64,000 nucleotides of DNA from positions 378,457-442,456 of the forward strand of contig NC_068989.1 of NCBI RefSeq assembly GCF_001194135.2. The letters run 5' to 3'. Of this stretch, positions 1-64,000 are shown one piece after another. The stretch is from Octopus bimaculoides. Lineage: Eukaryota. The position numbers were made by a program, and so were the translations under genes. Each line of letters opens with the position of its first letter. Position 1 is the stretch's first letter. The notes beneath the pieces were generated by a model, which worked only from the letters and a program-made list of their open reading frames with translations, did no database searches and was not told where the DNA came from.

Positions 1-275
1 ATATCTATATCTATATCATCATGATGATGAACGATGATATATATATATATATATAATATATATATATATATCTTATATTTATTAGATTATATATATCCCA
101 TTTATTACATTATGTACCATATGCAATTTGTACAATAAAATATCATGCCGCTGTTTGTCAGTACAGTGTTATGGAAACCCCTTCATGAAAAAATCTGCAC
201 TAAACAAACACAAGACACAAGTAAGTATTGAATACAGTTAAATGTCAATAATGTTAGAAGCAATGTAATACTAAC

Positions 276-61021
<60,746 letters not shown>

Positions 61022-62239
61022 CTAGAAAGAGAAAAAAACAATATGAAATTACAAGTAGAATTTAAATGCACAACAGAAAAATATCATTTATATTTGTAAT
61101 CATTAGCCTCTTTACTTCTGTTTATATCTGATTGATAAAGAACAGCAAGTAAATCTGAATGAAAATGTTGGTCTGACTGCTTTCCCCACCATGAACACCA
61201 ACAAATAGCATAATTTCAGTCAGTCCCAGGTCATATAAGTGTACAGTTGATCAATGTCACAACTAAAATGCATTTACTTTCCAACTGATTCGCAAAACAT
61301 AAAACCCACAACATACGCAAAAACAAATCATTAAAATATTTCACAAATTTCTTTCATATCTAAAATTGTGACATGAGAAATACAAATTCTCAGGAACATT
61401 CACTTGCTCAAGAAATAACTGTACAGGAGAAACAATCTATGCAATGGTTAGGCATCAACATTTCATAAACTGATACTTCAACTAATCTTTAAAATTAGGT
61501 GTGTGTGTGTGTGTGTGTGTGTGAGTGCATGCATGCATGTGTATATGTGCACTCAAAAATATAAGCTGTTTAATTCATTGCTGCAACATTTTGGTCATGA
61601 AACTGTCTGACTGCTCTATAAACATAAACTTGTAGTTTTATTTAAATCCATGTTATTCTCGCATGTATCCCAGTCTTAATACACTTTATGGAACAGATTC
61701 TTAAAGGATGGTTTGATTTGATTTGCATTAACAAAGAAAAGTGGATATTTGTGTATGTATGCACGCACACACACACACACAAACTCTTTTATAAAAGACA
61801 AATTGAAAAAATTAACATAAATGTTAAACAGTTAAATGAGAAGCTCAAAGAATATTGTAAAACTATGGATGTTGGGATTGTGATGTTGATGAAAATGTTA
61901 ATAATATCACCAATGCTGAAAACTGTGTGGCTACAGCCTTATGCACCATCTTATTAATGCCCACTTGAATAGAAAATCCAGCTCTGGAGTGACAGTGCAT
62001 AGAACTATTTAAATAAACCAAATTAGGCATGGGTTTGGGTGAAACAGGATGGAGATGGTATGTAACGAGTCTATTCACAGAAAAGGCCATTGACAGTAGG
62101 TTATAAGCAGATGCTTTTCCTTTCGTTAATCACCAGCAGAATATTACAATTAATAGCCATTTGATGATTATTCAGAAATTAAACCTATTTTCACTTTTAA
62201 ATTCTTTTCACCCTGCATCAAAAACTATTTTTCTCCCAT

Positions 62240-62400
62240 TTATCACCATCACCAAATGTCTGTTTTCGATGCTAGCATGGGTTGGATGGTTTGACAAGGA
62301 ACTAGCAAGCTGCAGAGCTGCATCAAGCTCCAATGTCATCTTTGGCATGGTTTCTATGGCTAGACGCCTACCCTAATGCCAACCACCTCACAAGAGAGTA
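62240..62400 (-). mobile_element. RTE-type tail / SINE copy (inverted)
   Basis: ttttcgatgctagcatgggttggatggtttgac...cctaatgccaaccac. Confidence 0.75.
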
Positions 62401-63964
62401 CTATGGGCTTTTAGACATGCCACCAAATACTAGCAAGATTGCCATTTAGCTTACAAGACAGAAATGCAATCACTTCCTCACTCAAATATGGATACATTAT
62501 AATATTTCCACACACAAAATATTTTGGTAAAGTAACATTAACATAATACAAAGAATTCTTTAAAATCAGTTTTCGAAACTTGTTTGAATAAATCAAAAGT
62601 AACAAACTTTGAATATCACCAAAAGATGTAAATATATTTTTATTTAATAAGTGAGTGTTCTTTAAGGTTTCCATGGAACAAAACATACATTATGTGAGGT
62701 ACGCAACAACTCTAAAGAGGGTGATGATGATGATGATGAGGATGATGATGATGATGATGATGATGGAGAATATGTTGGTACAGAATACTTAAAACCGGAA
62801 AAGTGTAAAAACATAAACAAAATGTAAATGAAAAGATGGTGATAAGTGTAGAGCAGCAGATCTATGTGAAATAAAGTAAAAAAAAAGAGAGAGGGAAACA
62901 TATCGACAGAATGTAGACTGAAATATAAAAATATCTTTATAAATGTGTGAGAAGAATCTGAATAGATTGAATAGGAAGAATATGGGCAGAGATGTGGCAA
63001 GAAGACAAAAAGGTGAGCTAGTATGGCAAAGGGGTGGAATGGGCCAGAAGCTAGACTGGTAAATGGACAGGAAACAAAATAATCAGCAAAATTGGCAGCA
63101 GAATATAGATGTGCTATATTTAAAAAAACAGAAACTGCAAAATTATTCACTTGTTCTGCCTTAAGTTATATAAAATTTGGAGAATAATAATATTGATTTT
63201 TCTTCTGCTTTTTTTTTTTTTTTTCTGTAGGTACAAGGCCTTATTACACCTATAAGGGCAGGGAATGAAGTTTTGCAATGCCTTTCTAATAATGGTTAGC
63301 AAATAATTTTAACCACAACCAAAAATCAGAATCTAAAGATTAACTGTCAGGGGTCAACATTTTATTACACTTGCATTAACAATAATTCTTATTAAATTTG
63401 ACACAAGGCCTGCAATTTTGAGAAGAGGAGGCAAGTCTGTGATATTAAACCCCCAATACTTGACTGGTACTCTATTTTATTGAACCTGAAAAGATGAAAG
63501 GCGAAGTTGACCCCAGTAGAATTTTGACACAGACGGCATAGAGCCAGAAGGAATGCTGCTAAGTCCAAAATACTAAAGAGTCTGGCAGATTCTTTCTTTT
63601 CTTTTTTTTCTTTTGTTTTAAAGAGGTCCCAAACAAAGTGAGAAGCCATTTATTATAAAGAATTATAACGAAAGAAGAAATCAAGAGAAAATGAATGAAT
63701 TTACTTTAGACTTGAAAGATTTCATGTCATAAGAAGGAGAAAAACAATGAGATGGAAGAGAGTGCCAAAGTCTGGCAGTTTGAGGGGAAAAGCTACAATT
63801 GTAGAAAGATTTCATTATTTGTGGATGCACATTATTTGGATGAAGATGGTGTGAGTGAGGTGAGATGGCACAAAGTGATCTGGAACTAAGAGAGAAAGTT
63901 CACCAGAGTACTTCCAGGGACAAAATAATGATAGAAAAGACATGCTGCTTTAATTATGATAGTG

Positions 63965-64000
<36 letters not shown>

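Noticed and set aside
61863-62130. PKD-like peptide SAYNLLSMAFSVNRLVTY... as an upstream exon
   Set aside because: In-frame TGA just upstream, no pyrimidine-rich acceptor, and no phase-2 donor to join the 61021 exon.

Overview
AT-rich, microsatellite-dense animal genomic DNA. The repeat families and simple-repeat density suggest an octopod cephalopod; this is inference, not checked against a database. The window lies almost entirely inside one large minus-strand gene for a polycystin-1 (PKD1/REJ) family protein. By hand I reconstructed 31 phase-checked GT-AG coding exons (about 5.5 kb, about 1,800 aa) from 61021 down to 276, in the order: multiple PKD (Ig-like) repeats, REJ module, GAIN/GPS, first TM helix, start of PLAT. 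Both ends of the gene lie outside the window. The model has two holes: the exon carrying the GPS autoproteolysis motif (probably in the 394-N gap) and at least one exon between 53571 and 60862. The REJ module is interrupted by a Thr-rich stalk and an array of symmetric micro-exons. One micro-exon is tandemly duplicated, one copy is frameshifting (44 nt), and the other is bracketed by inverted retroelement tails. Introns hold decayed CR1-, RTE-, R4/Dong- and CRE-like non-LTR fragments, four Tc1/mariner relics, several SINE families, a near-perfect 242-bp palindrome and a perfect 4 x 65-bp tandem array. No CRISPR, rRNA or genuine tRNA gene was seen. Most short ORFs in the supplied track are repeat or microsatellite artefacts.
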